A stretch of 64,000 bases of DNA. Source: Burkholderiales bacterium. GTDB taxonomy: Bacteria > Pseudomonadota > Gammaproteobacteria > Burkholderiales > Ga0077523. How positions within the stretch are numbered: the stretch's first letter is position 1; each line of letters opens with the position of its first letter. The notes beneath the pieces were generated by a model. That model was given only the letters and a program-made list of their open reading frames with translations, searched no databases and was not told the DNA's origin. The translations under genes and the position numbers were made by a program. Shown one piece after another: positions 47,893 to 60,261 of the stretch. The DNA lies in contig OZ257154.1 in the NCBI GenBank assembly GCA_965279325.1, positions 3,521,340 through 3,585,339 of the forward strand. The letters run 5' to 3'.

Positions 47893-49161
47893 GTGACGAG
47901 CGCCAAGCCCTCGATCTGGTCGGCGCTGCTCACGCGGCGGATGCTGATCTGCATCTTCACGGGTTTCAGCTCCGGACTGCCGCTGTACATCCTGCTGAAC
48001 CTCGTGCCGGCCTGGCTGCGTACCGAGGGCATCAGCCTGAAGGCGATCGGCGCGTTCGCGCTCATCCAGTTCCCCTATACCTGGAAGTTCCTGTGGTCGC
48101 CGCTGCTCGACCGGTATGTGATCCCGGTCCTTGGCCGGCGCCGGGGCTGGATGCTGGTGACCCAGATCGGCCTGCTCGCGGTGATCGCGTGGCTGGGTAC
48201 GCTCTCGCCGCGCGACGATCTCGCTTGGGTCGTCTATGCCGCGACCGCGCTCGCGTTCCTGAGCGCGACCCAGGATATCGTGCTCGACGCGTATCGCCGT
48301 GAGCTGTTGCAGGAGACCGAACTCGGCCTCGGCAATTCGGTGCACGTGAATGCGTATCGCGTAGCCGGCCTCGTACCCGGCTCGCTCTCGCTGATCCTCG
48401 CTGACCATCTGCCGTGGTCCGCCGTATTTGCCGTCACCGCGGCTTTCATGGTGCCGGGACTCCTGATGGCGCTGTCGGTGAGCGAACCGGCGCTGCGCAT
48501 CGCCGCACCGAAGACCCTGCGTGAAGCCGTCGTCGAGCCGTTCCGCGAGTTCATCGGTCGCGCGACGGGTGTGCAGGGTGCGGTGCTCGTGCTCGGCTTC
48601 ATTTTTCTCTACAAGCTGGGCGACAGCATGGCCACGGCGCTGGCCACGCCGTTCTATCTCGACATGGGCTTCACCAAGTCGGACATCGGCCTGATCGCGA
48701 AGCACGCGGGTCTGTGGCCCGCCGTCATTGGCGGGCTGGCCGGCGGGCTGTGGATGGTCCGGATCGGGATCAATCGCGCCCTGTGGCTGTTCGGCGTGGT
48801 GCAGGTGGTGAGCATCCTCGGCTTCGCCTGGCTGGCGCACGTGGGGCCGTTCGCCTCGATCGGTGCGGACGAAAGAATCGCGCTCGCGCTGGTGATCAGC
48901 TTCGAAGCGCTCGGCGTCGGGCTCGGGACGGCGGCGTTCGTCGCCTTCATCGCGCGCACCACGAACCCGGCCTACACGGCGACGCAGTTCGCCCTGTTCA
49001 CCAGTCTCGCTGCCGTGCCGCGCACCTTCATCAACGCCACCACCGGCTGGATCGTCGAGCGCATGGGCTGGTTCGGCTTCTTCTGGCTGTGCGTGGTGCT
49101 GGCCGTGCCCGGGATGCTGCTGCTGTTCAAGGTCGCGCCGTGGCGCGGTGACGATCAGTAG
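47893..49161 (+). CDS. ampG: AmpG-family muropeptide MFS permease
   Basis: GTG at 47893. FSSGLPLYILLNLVPAWLR and FPYTWKFLWSPLLDRY motifs. Confidence 0.82.
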   Translation: MTSAKPSIWSALLTRRMLICIFTGFSSGLPLYILLNLVPAWLRTEGISLKAIGAFALIQFPYTWKFLWSPLLDRYVIPVLGRRRGWMLVTQIGLLAVIAWLGTLSPRDDLAWVVYAATALAFLSATQDIVLDAYRRELLQETELGLGNSVHVNAYRVAGLVPGSLSLILADHLPWSAVFAVTAAFMVPGLLMALSVSEPALRIAAPKTLREAVVEPFREFIGRATGVQGAVLVLGFIFLYKLGDSMATALATPFYLDMGFTKSDIGLIAKHAGLWPAVIGGLAGGLWMVRIGINRALWLFGVVQVVSILGFAWLAHVGPFASIGADERIALALVISFEALGVGLGTAAFVAFIARTTNPAYTATQFALFTSLAAVPRTFINATTGWIVERMGWFGFFWLCVVLAVPGMLLLFKVAPWRGDDQ

Positions 49162-49925
49162 TCGTAGTCGATCGTGAGGGGCGCGTGATCCGAGAACCAT
49201 TGCTCCGTGTAGATCGACGTACTGCGCGCCAGGGTTGCGAACCCTGGCGTGGCGATCTGGTAGTCGATGCGCCATCCGACGTTCTTCGCACGCGCCTGGC
49301 CGCGATTCGACCACCACGTGTACTGGCCCGGGCGTTGATCGAGGCGGCGGAACACGTCTTCGAAACCCAGGTGGTCGAACACGCCGGAGAGCCACGCCCG
49401 CTCCTCGGGCAGGAAGCCGGAGTTCTTCTGGTTGGAGCGCCAGTTGGTGAGATCGATTTCGCGGTGCGCGATGTTCCAGTCGCCGCAGATGACGACGTGC
49501 CGGCCGCTTTGCGCGAGATCGTGCAACCTCGGGATGACGCGCTCCATGAAGCGGAACTTGATCGCGAGCCGCTCCTCGGACGTCGTGCCGGAGGGCAGGT
49601 AGAGGGATATGACGGAGAGATCGCCGAAGTCGGCCTGCAGATAGCGGCCTTCGGCGTCGATGTCGAGGATGCCCAGCCCCTCGACGATGCGGTCGGGTTC
49701 GCGGCGGCAGTACAGGCCCACGCCGCTGTACCCTTTCTTCTCGGCATGATGGAACCAGCCCTTCAGGCCGGCGGGAGCGCGCATGGCGTCGGAGAGATCC
49801 GAGGCCTGCGCCTTCAGTTCCTGTAGGCATACGACATCGGCATTCTGCCGCTCGAGCCAGGGGAGGAAGCCCTTGGCCACCGCCGAGCGGATGCCGTTCA
49901 CATTGACGGAGATGATGCGCAGCAT
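49155..49925 (-). CDS. xthA: Exodeoxyribonuclease III
   Basis: [15 protein letters not shown]...VVCLQELK...SDHAP. Confidence 0.9.
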   Translation of the reverse strand: MLRIISVNVNGIRSAVAKGFLPWLERQNADVVCLQELKAQASDLSDAMRAPAGLKGWFHHAEKKGYSGVGLYCRREPDRIVEGLGILDIDAEGRYLQADFGDLSVISLYLPSGTTSEERLAIKFRFMERVIPRLHDLAQSGRHVVICGDWNIAHREIDLTNWRSNQKNSGFLPEERAWLSGVFDHLGFEDVFRRLDQRPGQYTWWSNRGQARAKNVGWRIDYQIATPGFATLARSTSIYTEQWFSDHAPLTIDYDY

Positions 49926-50580
49926 GGATGACGGTCAGAAATATCGGGGAGAGTTCGTCGGGTTCGCGGTCGAGAAAGGCGTGTTGCTGTTCGGCGAGTT
50001 CACGACCAAGGCCGGCCGGCAGTCACCCTACTTCTTCAATGCGGGGTTGTTCAACGACGGCGAGAGCCTGCGGCGGCTGGGGCGATTCTACGCACAAGCG
50101 CTGCAGGCTTCGGGGCTCGGTTTCGACGTGCTGTTCGGGCCGGCGTACAAGGGCATTCCCCTGGCGGCCGCCACCGCCGTCGCTCTTGCCGAATTTGGGC
50201 GGAATGTGCCGTTCGCATTCAACCGCAAGGAAATCAAGGATCACGGCGAAGGCGGCAACGTGATCGGCGCGCCGCTGAAGGGCCGCATCCTGATCATCGA
50301 CGACGTCATTTCGGCCGGCACCTCGGTACGGGAGTCGGTCGACCTGATCCGGGCGGCCGGCGCCCAGCCCGCCGGGGTGGTTATTGCCGTCGATCGGCAG
50401 GAGCGGGGGCAGGGGGATCTGTCGGCGGCGCAGGAAGTCCGGCGCCTGTACGACATTCCCGTCCTGAGCATCTGCAGCCTGGACGACATCGTCACCTACC
50501 TGTCACATCGTGAGGATTTGGCACACCGCTTGCAGTCCGTTCAGGCGTACCGGCAACGCTACGGAGTGCAGATATCATGA
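49924..50580 (+). CDS. pyrE: Orotate phosphoribosyltransferase
   Basis: [21 protein letters not shown] and [13 protein letters not shown] motifs. N-terminus aligns with E. coli PyrE. Confidence 0.9.
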   Translation: MDDGQKYRGEFVGFAVEKGVLLFGEFTTKAGRQSPYFFNAGLFNDGESLRRLGRFYAQALQASGLGFDVLFGPAYKGIPLAAATAVALAEFGRNVPFAFNRKEIKDHGEGGNVIGAPLKGRILIIDDVISAGTSVRESVDLIRAAGAQPAGVVIAVDRQERGQGDLSAAQEVRRLYDIPVLSICSLDDIVTYLSHREDLAHRLQSVQAYRQRYGVQIS

Positions 50581-51206
50581 AGTCCCATGTTTTCATCATC
50601 TTAACGGCTACCCTGGCTCTGGCGACCAGCGGCGCTTCGGCGGCGGCCAAACTCTACAAGTGGGTGGACGACAAGGGTCAGGTCCACTACTCCGAGACCA
50701 TGCCGCCCGAACACAAGGACAAGAGCTCCACCGAGCTCGACCGGCGCGGGCGCGTGCTGAAGAAGAACGACGCCGCCATCCCGTCGGAAACGGCCAAGCT
50801 CGACGACGAAGGCCTCGTGCGCAAGCGCCTCGAGGAGAAACGCCTCTACGAGCAGCGCCGCCGCGACAGCGCCCTGATCAACACCTATACGACCGAGGCC
50901 GAGATCGACGTCGCGCGCGACCGCAACCTTTCGCTGCCGACGCAGGCGATCAAGGGTATCGAGCCACGCCTCAAGGCCGCATGGGCTCGCCTGGAGGCGC
51001 TCAAGGGACAGGCCGATGCGCTCGCCAAGAGCGGCAAACCGGTCCCGGACGCGCTCAAGGAAGACATCCTGCTGGAAGAGAAGCAGGTCGCGCTGTTCGA
51101 GGGTGAACTGCGCGCCAAGCAGACCGAAGCCACCCACATTCGCGAGAAGTACGACGCCGACAAGATGCGTTTCCGGGAGTTGTCCTCGGTCGCCTCGAAC
51201 AAGTAA
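50577..51206 (+). CDS. DUF4124-domain periplasmic protein
   Basis: Signal peptide followed by [18 protein letters not shown], the hallmark of DUF4124. Confidence 0.75.
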   Translation: MKSHVFIILTATLALATSGASAAAKLYKWVDDKGQVHYSETMPPEHKDKSSTELDRRGRVLKKNDAAIPSETAKLDDEGLVRKRLEEKRLYEQRRRDSALINTYTTEAEIDVARDRNLSLPTQAIKGIEPRLKAAWARLEALKGQADALAKSGKPVPDALKEDILLEEKQVALFEGELRAKQTEATHIREKYDADKMRFRELSSVASNK

Positions 51207-51260
51207 TATCACGCAGCCCGACGAAGTCCCCCGCCGCCCGATCGGCTGACCTGGCGGGAA

Positions 51261-51296
51261 CTGGCCGACTCCTCAAGAGCCGGCCAGTTTCTTTTT
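51261..51296 (+). terminator. Putative rho-independent terminator after the DUF4124 gene
   Basis: CTGGCCG-N13-CGGCCAG followed by TTTCTTTTT. Overlaps the 3' end of convergent gatB. Confidence 0.45.
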
Positions 51297-52727
51297 CAGG
51301 ATCTCGTTCACCTGCGCCGGGTTCGCCTTGCCCTTGGTCGCCTTCATGGCCTGGCCCACCAGCGCGTTGAACGCCTTGTCCTTGCCGGCGCGGAATTCCT
51401 CGACCGACCTGGGGTTCGCCGCCAGCACGTCGTCGATGATCTTCTCGATCGCACCGGCGTCCGAGATCTGCTTCAGGCCGCGCGCTTCGATGATCGCATC
51501 GGCCGCACCCTCGCCCGCCCACATGGCGTCGAATACTTCGCGCGCCATCTTGCCCGAGAGCGTGCCGTCGGCGATCCGGGCGAGCAGCCCCGCCAGTGCT
51601 TCCGCTGCGACGGGCGAGGCCTCGATCTCGACCTGGTCGCGGTTCAATCGCGCCGAGAGTTCTCCCATGACCCAGTTGGCGCAGAGCTTCGGATCCGCCG
51701 GCAGCTTCGCCACCAGGGTTTCGAAGTAGTCGGCCATTTCGCGGGAGGCGGTCAGGGCGGCGGCGTCGTAGGCGGGAAGTCCGTACTGTGACTCGAAGCG
51801 CTCACGCATCGCCTGCGGCAACTCGGGCAGCTCGCGCCGGACGCCCTCGATCCAGCTCTCCGCGATTTCCAGCGGCAGCAGATCGGGATCGGGAAAGTAG
51901 CGGTAGTCCTGCGCATCTTCCTTCGAACGCATGGACCGCGTCTCGTCGCGGTCGGGGTCGTACAGCCGCGTTTCCTGCACCACGCGACCGCCGTCCTCGA
52001 TCAGCTCGATCTGGCGCGTCACCTCGTACTCGATGGCGCGTTCGAGGAACCGGAACGAGTTGAGGTTCTTGATCTCGCAACGCGTACCGAGCTTCGGGTC
52101 GCCGATGCGCCGAACGGAGACGTTGGCATCGCAGCGGAACGAGCCTTCCTGCATGTTGCCGTCGCAGATGCCGATCCAGCGCACCAGCGCGTGCAGCGCT
52201 TTGGCGTATGCCACGGCTTCGGCCGAGGAGTGCATCTCGGGTTCGGAGACGATCTCGAGCAACGGCGTGCCGGCACGGTTGAGATCGATGCCGCTCATGC
52301 CGTGGAAGTCCTCGTGCAGCGACTTGCCGGCGTCCTCTTCCAGATGCGCTCGAGTCAGTTGGACGACCTTCTCCGCGTCGCCGACCTGGATCCGTACCGT
52401 ACCGCCCTGGACCACCGGGATCTCGTACTGGCTGATCTGGTAGCCCTTGGGCAGATCGGGGTAGAAGTAATTCTTGCGCGCGAAGATGGAGCGGCGGTTG
52501 ATCGTCCCGCCGATCGCGAGGCCGAAGCGGATCGCGCGCTCCACCGCGCCGCGGTTCAGCACCGGCAGCACGCCCGGCAGGGCGAGATCGACCACGCTCG
52601 CCTGCGTGTTCGGTTCGGCACCGAAAGCAGTCGAGGCGCCCGAGAAGATTTTCGACCGGGTCGAAAGCTGGGCGTGGGTCTCGAGGCCGATGACCGTTTC
52701 CCAGCCGCTCCTGGCGCCAGCGCTCAT
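51273..52727 (-). CDS. gatB: Asp/Glu-tRNA amidotransferase subunit B
   Basis: [14 protein letters not shown]-terminus. Start derived from the ORF-track frame (residue 173 of the long ORF). ATGA overlap with the gatA stop. Confidence 0.9.
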   Translation of the reverse strand: MSAGARSGWETVIGLETHAQLSTRSKIFSGASTAFGAEPNTQASVVDLALPGVLPVLNRGAVERAIRFGLAIGGTINRRSIFARKNYFYPDLPKGYQISQYEIPVVQGGTVRIQVGDAEKVVQLTRAHLEEDAGKSLHEDFHGMSGIDLNRAGTPLLEIVSEPEMHSSAEAVAYAKALHALVRWIGICDGNMQEGSFRCDANVSVRRIGDPKLGTRCEIKNLNSFRFLERAIEYEVTRQIELIEDGGRVVQETRLYDPDRDETRSMRSKEDAQDYRYFPDPDLLPLEIAESWIEGVRRELPELPQAMRERFESQYGLPAYDAAALTASREMADYFETLVAKLPADPKLCANWVMGELSARLNRDQVEIEASPVAAEALAGLLARIADGTLSGKMAREVFDAMWAGEGAADAIIEARGLKQISDAGAIEKIIDDVLAANPRSVEEFRAGKDKAFNALVGQAMKATKGKANPAQVNEILKKKLAGS

Positions 52728-54187
52728 GCGAACCCCTTCGGCACCCGCGTGTGCCAATCGGTGGCGAGCTGATACTGGTGCGCCGCGCCGAGCATCTTCG
52801 CTTCCTCGAAGTAGTTCGCCATCAGCTGCAGGCCCACGGGCCGGTCGTTCGCGCCGAAGCCGCAGGGGATGCTCATGCTCGGGATGCCGGCGAGGCTGCC
52901 GGGGATCGTATAGAGGTCGGACATGTACATCGCGACCGGGTCGGCAGCCTTTTCGCCGAAGCCGAAGGCGACGCTGGTCGTCACCGGTCCGGCGATCAGG
53001 TCGCATTGCGTGAAGGCGCGCCGGAACTCGTCCGCGATCAGGCGCCGGACCTTCTGCGCCTGGATGTAGTAGGCGTCGTAGTAGCCGTGCGACAGGACGT
53101 AAGCGCCGATGAGGATGCGACGCTTCGGCTCGGCGCCGAGCCCTTCGGCCCGCGACTTGCGGATCATATCGGTCAGGTCGGCGTAGTCCTTCGCCCGGTG
53201 GCCGTAGCGGACGCCGTCGAAGCGGGACAGGTTGCTCGAGCACTCCGCCGGGGCGATCACGTAGTAGACCGGGATGCCCAGCTCGGCACTCGGCAGCGAG
53301 ATGTCCACCAGGGTCGCGCCGAGCGACCGGTACTGCTCCAGAGCCGCGCGGACCGCCTTCTCCACGTCCGGCTGGAGTCCGGCGCCGAAGAACTCCTTGG
53401 GTACCCCGATGCGGATACCCTTCATCGAGGCCTGCAGGTCGCGGGAGAAGTCTTCCGCGGGGCGGTCGACGCTGGTGGAGTCCTTCGGGTCGAAGCCCAC
53501 CATCTGGCTGAGCACCAGGGCGGCGTCTTCGGCCGACGACGTCATGAGGCCGGCGGTGTCGAGGCTGGAGGCAAAGGCGATCATGCCCCAGCGCGATGGT
53601 CGGCCGTAGGTCGGCTTGGTGCCGGTGACGCCGGTGAAGGCCGCGGGCTCGCGGATCGACCCGCCGGTGTCCGTGGCGGTGGCGACCGGCGCGATGCGGG
53701 CGGCCACGGCGGCGGAGGAGCCGCCCGAGCTTCCGCCCGGCACGGCGCCCTTGTCCCAGGGGTTGAGCACGTTGCCGTAGGCGCTGTTCTCGTTCGACGA
53801 GCCCATGGCGAACTCGTCGCAGTTCAGCTTGCCCAGGGTGACCATGCCGGCCGCACCCAGCTTCTCCACCACGGTCGCGTCGAACGGGCTCATGTAGCCC
53901 TCCAGCATCCGGCTGGAGGCGGTCGAGGCGAAATCCCGGGTGACGAAGATGTCCTTGTGGGCGATCGGGACGCCCGTCAGCGGGCCGGCGGTACCTGCGG
54001 CAATGCGCGCATCCGCGGCCCGGGCCTGCGCCAGCGTCACCTCAGGCCGGACATCCAGGAAGGCATTGAGGTCGCGGTGCGCCTCGATCCGCGCGAGAAA
54101 GAGCTGCGCCAGCTCCACCGCGGAGATGCGCTTGCTGGCGAGCTGCCGGGACAGTTCGGCGATCGAGGCTGCGTGGAGCGCGCTCAT
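52724..54187 (-). CDS. gatA: Asp/Glu-tRNA amidotransferase subunit A
   Basis: Amidase signature [12 protein letters not shown], 487 aa. Confidence 0.92.
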   Translation of the reverse strand: MSALHAASIAELSRQLASKRISAVELAQLFLARIEAHRDLNAFLDVRPEVTLAQARAADARIAAGTAGPLTGVPIAHKDIFVTRDFASTASSRMLEGYMSPFDATVVEKLGAAGMVTLGKLNCDEFAMGSSNENSAYGNVLNPWDKGAVPGGSSGGSSAAVAARIAPVATATDTGGSIREPAAFTGVTGTKPTYGRPSRWGMIAFASSLDTAGLMTSSAEDAALVLSQMVGFDPKDSTSVDRPAEDFSRDLQASMKGIRIGVPKEFFGAGLQPDVEKAVRAALEQYRSLGATLVDISLPSAELGIPVYYVIAPAECSSNLSRFDGVRYGHRAKDYADLTDMIRKSRAEGLGAEPKRRILIGAYVLSHGYYDAYYIQAQKVRRLIADEFRRAFTQCDLIAGPVTTSVAFGFGEKAADPVAMYMSDLYTIPGSLAGIPSMSIPCGFGANDRPVGLQLMANYFEEAKMLGAAHQYQLATDWHTRVPKGFA

Positions 54188-54471
54188 TCGATCACCTTGG
54201 GTACTAAAAATAGCCCGTCCTGCTGCGCCGGCGCATTCGCCATGTTGGCCTCGCGGCCGCCGTTCTCCGTGACCGCGTCCTCGCGCAAACGCTGCCCGCC
54301 CCCGAGGGGATGGGCCATGGGCTCCACGCCGGAGGTGTCCACGGCCTGCATCTTCGCGATCAGCGCGAAGATGTCGTTCAGCTGGTCCAGCGTCCGTCGG
54401 GCTTCGGCGTCAGTAATCTCGATGCGCGCCAGGTGCGCGATGCGGGCGACGTCGTCAAGCGTCAGCGCCAT
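54184..54471 (-). CDS. gatC: Asp/Glu-tRNA amidotransferase subunit C
   Basis: [19 protein letters not shown], 95 aa. Overlaps the gatA start. Confidence 0.9.
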   Translation of the reverse strand: MALTLDDVARIAHLARIEITDAEARRTLDQLNDIFALIAKMQAVDTSGVEPMAHPLGGGQRLREDAVTENGGREANMANAPAQQDGLFLVPKVIE

Positions 54472-54591
54472 GGGGGATCAGGGCTGAAAAGGGGCTCAAT
54501 TGCGGGGAAAACAGGACGAAAACAACAGGGACCATTTTGTCCAACGAAGCGGCGTAAGGTACCATAGCCCGCTTGATCCGCACCACATTGA

Positions 54592-55668
<1,077 letters not shown>

Positions 55669-55742
55669 TCCGGCCCGTTGCAAGCCCCCGGTAACTCTTC
55701 GCCGCGTTCCGCGCGCGCCTCCGGCCACTGCTGAACGGCTCC

Positions 55743-56645
55743 ATGCAAGCCACGCCCCAGCCCATCTTCAAGCGGGGCCCGAGCCTCGCGGTCCGGCTGG
55801 CCTTCTTCTCGCTGCTGTCGCTGGTCCTGCTGGTCTCCGATGCCCGATTCCGCTACCTGGAGGGCATCCGTAGCGTCGTCTCGGTCGTGCTCTATCCGTT
55901 GCAGCAGGCTGCGAGCCTGCCGGGCGACCTCCTGGCCCGCACCGGGGAGTTCTTCGTGACCCAGTCGGCGCTCTACCGTGAGAACGAGCTGCTCAAGCGC
56001 GACAACCTGCTGAACGCGCCGAAGCTCCAGCGCCTGGCGATACTCGAAGCCGAGAACGCCCAGTTGCTGCGCCTGATCGACGCGAAGCCCGCGCCCGATC
56101 GCAAGACCACGATCGCGGAGATCCTCTATGAGAGCCGTGACGCCTTCACCCGGAAGGTCGTCATCGACCGCGGTTCCAACCACGGTGTCCGGGAAGGTCA
56201 GGCCGTCATCGACCACGTGGGCGTGATCGGCCAGGTCACGCGCGTGTTCCCGTTCGTGTCCGAGGTGTCGCTGGTCACGGACAAGGCCCAGTCGGTGCCG
56301 GTGCAGAACGCCCGCAGCGGCATGCGCTCGGTCACTTTCGGTCTCGGTCACGACGGCGCGCTGGAATTGCGATTCATCCCGGTGAATGCGGACATCCAGA
56401 CCGGCGACGTGCTGGTGACCTCCGGCATCGACGGCACCTATCCGGCGGGGCTGCCCGTGGCGACGGTGGCCAACATCGAGCGCAATGCGGCCTTCGCCTT
56501 CGCCCGTATCACCTGCACACCCTCGGCGGGTGTCTCCAGCTTCAACCGGGTCGTGGTGCTCTCCGATGGAACATCCCCGACCGGGAACCCGCTCAAGACC
56601 GATCCGGCCGCCGTCAAGCCGCGCAAAACGGTGACGAAGCCATGA
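55743..56645 (+). CDS. mreC: Rod-shape protein MreC
   Basis: Position after mreB. N-terminal TM, coiled coil and beta domains. Confidence 0.88.
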   Translation: MQATPQPIFKRGPSLAVRLAFFSLLSLVLLVSDARFRYLEGIRSVVSVVLYPLQQAASLPGDLLARTGEFFVTQSALYRENELLKRDNLLNAPKLQRLAILEAENAQLLRLIDAKPAPDRKTTIAEILYESRDAFTRKVVIDRGSNHGVREGQAVIDHVGVIGQVTRVFPFVSEVSLVTDKAQSVPVQNARSGMRSVTFGLGHDGALELRFIPVNADIQTGDVLVTSGIDGTYPAGLPVATVANIERNAAFAFARITCTPSAGVSSFNRVVVLSDGTSPTGNPLKTDPAAVKPRKTVTKP

Positions 56646-57175
56646 GCCGCTCGAATCTCGGCGACAACATCCAGGGCGGCGAGATCCTGCTGCCGGTCAG
56701 GACCGGGTACATCCTGATCACGCTCCTGATCGCGGTGGTGCTCGATCTCGTGCCGCTGCCGGGTTGGCTCACCTGGGCGTGGCCCGATTTCGTGGCGGTC
56801 ACGCTGGTCTACTGGGGCGTGTTCCAGCCGCGGCGCCTGGGTCTGTTCCCGGCCTGGCTGCTGGGCCTGCTCATGGACGTCGCCGATGCCACGCTGTTCG
56901 GCCAGCACGCGCTCGCCTATTCCGCACTCATGTTCGCGGCGATCTTCCTGCACCGGCGCATCCAGATGTTCCCGATGCCCTATCAGATGGCGCACGTGGG
57001 CGCGCTGCTGCTCGCGCAGCAGTGCATCCAGCTCCTCGTGCGGCTGGTCGATGGCGCCGAGTTTCCCGGCTTTCCCTACTTCGTCGCGAGCCTGACCGCG
57101 GCCGCGCTCTGGCCCGCGCTCGTGATGGCGTTCAACGCGCCGCTGCGGCGGCGCTCGGGTGCGGACGACGTCTGA
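56642..57175 (+). CDS. mreD: Rod-shape protein MreD
   Basis: Polytopic 177-aa protein overlapping the mreC stop. Confidence 0.85.
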   Translation: MSRSNLGDNIQGGEILLPVRTGYILITLLIAVVLDLVPLPGWLTWAWPDFVAVTLVYWGVFQPRRLGLFPAWLLGLLMDVADATLFGQHALAYSALMFAAIFLHRRIQMFPMPYQMAHVGALLLAQQCIQLLVRLVDGAEFPGFPYFVASLTAAALWPALVMAFNAPLRRRSGADDV

Positions 57176-57277
57176 CCGGCGGCGCGCGCTGACCTCATGC
57201 TGCTTCGGCTGCCGTTCAAGCTCGGAATCTTCCAGCGCTCGCGGGCCGGGTTTCGTCCACGCGGCCGCGGCGTGGAG

Positions 57278-59164
57278 ATGCGCGATCTCATGCGCGATCT
57301 CCAGCGCTTCCAGTTGCGGCTCGCCATCAGCGCGGGCGGCGTGCTGCTCATGTTCTTCCTGCTGCTGTTGCGCTTCGTCTACCTCCAGGTGGTCCAGCAC
57401 GAGTACTACCTCACCCTGGCGGAGAACAACCGGATCTCGGTACTCCCGGTCATCCCCAACCGCGGCCTGATCCTCGACCGCAACGGGGTCGTGATCGCGC
57501 ACAACTACTCTGCCTTCACGCTCGAGATCACGCCCAAGGAGGTCGGCGACATCGAGCCACTGATCGACGAGCTCTCGGCCATCATCGACATCCAGCCGAA
57601 GGACCGCAAACGCTTCAAGAAACTGCTGGAAGAAAGGCACGACCTCGACTCGCTGCCGATCCGGACCCGCCTGACCGACGAGGAAGTCGCGCGCTTCTCG
57701 GTGAACCGCTACCGCTTCCCCGGCGTGCAGATCAACGCGCGCCTGTTCCGCCACTACCCGAACGGCGACCTTGCCTCGCACGTGCTTGGCTACATCGGCC
57801 GCATCAGCGACCGCGACAAGGCGAAACTGGAGAAGGACGGCCTCGCGGCGAACTACAGCGGCTCGGACTACATCGGCAAGGTGGGCCTCGAGGACAGGTA
57901 CGAGAAGGAGCTCCACGGCGTCACCGGGTTCGAGCAGGTGGAAACCGACGCCGGCGGCCGGGCGGTGCGGACGCTGCGGCGGATCCTGCCGGTCTCGGGC
58001 AACAACCTGCATCTCGCGCTGGACCTGCGGCTCCAGGAGATCGCCGAGCGCGTGTTCGGCGATCGCCGCGGCGCGCTCGTGGCCATCGAGCCGGCCACGG
58101 GTGGGGTGCTGGCGCTCGTGTCGAAGCCTGGATTCGATCCGAACCAGTTCGTCGAAGGCATCGACGCGAAGGACTGGGAGCTGCTCAACACGGCTTCCGA
58201 CAAACCCCTCAACAACCGCGCATTGCAGGGCGTGTATCCCCCGGGTTCCACGTTCAAGCCGTTCATGGCGCTCGCCGGCCTCGAGCTCGGCAAGCGCACG
58301 CCCCAGTACACGATTTCCGATCCCGGTTACTACATCCTGGGCGGTGCCGCGCATCGCTTCCGCGACTGGAAGGCGGGCGGGCACGGCATGGTCGACCTGC
58401 ACCGCTCCATCGTGATCTCCTGCGACACCTACTACTACGGTCTCGCGAACGATCTGGGCATCGACAACATCCATCGCTTCATCGGTCAGTTCGGCTTCGG
58501 CAAGGCGACCGGCATCGACATTTCGGGCGAGTCCACCGGCCTGCTGCCGTCGCAGGACTGGAAGCAGCGCCGCTTCAACCAGAAGTGGTACGCCGGCGAC
58601 ACCATTTCGGTGGGCATCGGCCAGGGCTACAACCTCGCCACGCCGGTCCAGCTCGCCTTCGCCACGGCGATTCTCGCCAACAGCGGCGTGGTCTATCGTC
58701 CGCACCTGGTCCGCCAGATCGAGGACAGCCAGACCGGAGAACGGCGCACCATCGAAGCCGAGCCCTTCACCACGTTCACCATCAAGCCCGACACTGTGAA
58801 TCGCGTGCGCGACGCCATGGTCGACGTCAACAAGTCCGGTGGCACGGCGGCCGGCGCGTTTTCGGGCGCGGGCTATCCCGTCGCGGGCAAGACCGGCACG
58901 GCACAGGTGGTCGCGATGAAGCAGAACGAGAAGTACGACGAGTCGAAGGTGGCGGAACAGTTCCGCGACCACGCCCTCTACATCGCCTACGCGCCGGCCG
59001 ATGCGCCGAAGCTCGCGCTCGCGATCCTGGTGGAGAACGGCGGCCACGGCGGCTCGGCCGCGGCACCGATCGCGCGCGCCATCTTCGACTACATCCTGCT
59101 CGGCAAGGAGCCGAAGCCGCCCAAGGAAGTCGTGCGTCCCGGAGAGGAACCCGAAGGTGATTGA
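57278..59164 (+). CDS. mrdA: Penicillin-binding protein 2 (elongasome transpeptidase)
   Basis: STFKP, SCD and KTGTA motifs. Start at 57278 chosen by N-terminal similarity to PBP2; 57197 also possible. Confidence 0.88.
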   Translation: MRDLMRDLQRFQLRLAISAGGVLLMFFLLLLRFVYLQVVQHEYYLTLAENNRISVLPVIPNRGLILDRNGVVIAHNYSAFTLEITPKEVGDIEPLIDELSAIIDIQPKDRKRFKKLLEERHDLDSLPIRTRLTDEEVARFSVNRYRFPGVQINARLFRHYPNGDLASHVLGYIGRISDRDKAKLEKDGLAANYSGSDYIGKVGLEDRYEKELHGVTGFEQVETDAGGRAVRTLRRILPVSGNNLHLALDLRLQEIAERVFGDRRGALVAIEPATGGVLALVSKPGFDPNQFVEGIDAKDWELLNTASDKPLNNRALQGVYPPGSTFKPFMALAGLELGKRTPQYTISDPGYYILGGAAHRFRDWKAGGHGMVDLHRSIVISCDTYYYGLANDLGIDNIHRFIGQFGFGKATGIDISGESTGLLPSQDWKQRRFNQKWYAGDTISVGIGQGYNLATPVQLAFATAILANSGVVYRPHLVRQIEDSQTGERRTIEAEPFTTFTIKPDTVNRVRDAMVDVNKSGGTAAGAFSGAGYPVAGKTGTAQVVAMKQNEKYDESKVAEQFRDHALYIAYAPADAPKLALAILVENGGHGGSAAAPIARAIFDYILLGKEPKPPKEVVRPGEEPEGD

Positions 59165-60251
59165 CCGCCTGATCGCATTCCTGACGCGCCACCTCGACCC
59201 CTTCCTCGGGACCGTCGTGAGCGTGTTGCTCCTTCTCGGACTGGTCGTGCTGTTCAGCGCGTCTGGCGAAAGTTTCGGCCGCATCGGCAGCCAGCTCGTC
59301 AACATCCTGGTGGCGGTGACGGTGATGTGGGTCGCCGCCAACGTCGCACCCCAGCACATGCTGCGGCTCGCGGTGCCGGTGTACGTCGTCGGCCTGATCC
59401 TGCTCATCGCGGTGCCGCTGGTCGGCGACGAAGCCAAGGGCGCCAAGCGCTGGCTCGACCTGGGCGTGACGCGCATCCAGCCTTCCGAGCTCATGAAGAT
59501 CGGCGTGCCCCTGATGCTCGCCTGGTACTTCGACCGCTACGAGGCGATCCTCAAGTTGAAGGACTACGTGATCGGCACCATCGTCCTGGTGGTGCCGGTG
59601 GGCCTGATCGCGACACAACCCGATCTCGGGACCGCGATCCTGGTGGCGACCGCCGGTTTCTTCGTGCTGTTTCTCGCGGGCCTGTCATGGAAGGTGCTCG
59701 TCGCGCTGGGTGTTGCTGCCGGCGCCAGCCTGCCGATCATCTGGGGCACGATGCGCGACTACCAGCGCCAGCGCGTGCTGACGCTGATCGATCCGGACCA
59801 GGATCCACTCGGCCGCGGTTATCACACCATCCAGTCCACCATCGCGCTCGGTTCCGGTGGCGTGTTCGGCAAGGGCTGGCTGAACGGCACGCAGGCCCGC
59901 CTCGATTTCCTGCCGGAGCGCACCACCGACTTCATCTTCGCCGTCTACTCGGAAGAGTTCGGCCTGTTCGGCAACATGATCCTGCTCATCCTGTTCCTGC
60001 TCGTGATCGGCCGCGGGCTCTACATCGCGGCCAACGCATCGACCCTGTTCTCGCGGCTGCTCGCCGGTGCCGTGACGCTGACCTTCTTCACCTACGCGTT
60101 CGTGAACATGGGCATGGTGAGCGGCATCCTCCCCGTCGTGGGCGTGCCGCTGCCCTTGATCAGTTACGGTGGTACCTCGGCGGTGACGATCCTGTTCGGC
60201 ATCGGCATCCTGATGAGCATCCACACGCACAAGCGGCTGGTGAAGACGTGA
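59157..60251 (+). CDS. rodA: SEDS glycosyltransferase RodA
   Basis: GTG at 59157 overlapping the mrdA stop by 8 nt. PSELMK and GVPLPLISYGGTS motifs. Confidence 0.88.
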   Translation: MIDRLIAFLTRHLDPFLGTVVSVLLLLGLVVLFSASGESFGRIGSQLVNILVAVTVMWVAANVAPQHMLRLAVPVYVVGLILLIAVPLVGDEAKGAKRWLDLGVTRIQPSELMKIGVPLMLAWYFDRYEAILKLKDYVIGTIVLVVPVGLIATQPDLGTAILVATAGFFVLFLAGLSWKVLVALGVAAGASLPIIWGTMRDYQRQRVLTLIDPDQDPLGRGYHTIQSTIALGSGGVFGKGWLNGTQARLDFLPERTTDFIFAVYSEEFGLFGNMILLILFLLVIGRGLYIAANASTLFSRLLAGAVTLTFFTYAFVNMGMVSGILPVVGVPLPLISYGGTSAVTILFGIGILMSIHTHKRLVKT

Positions 60252-60261
60252 GGTCGATCTC

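Noticed and set aside
52720-52730. Apparent 1-nt disagreement between my hand count of the gatA stop / gatB start and the ORF-track coordinates.
   Set aside because: Most likely my counting error. I kept the ORF-track frame (gatB start 52727, gatA stop 52724), which gives the expected ATGA overlap.
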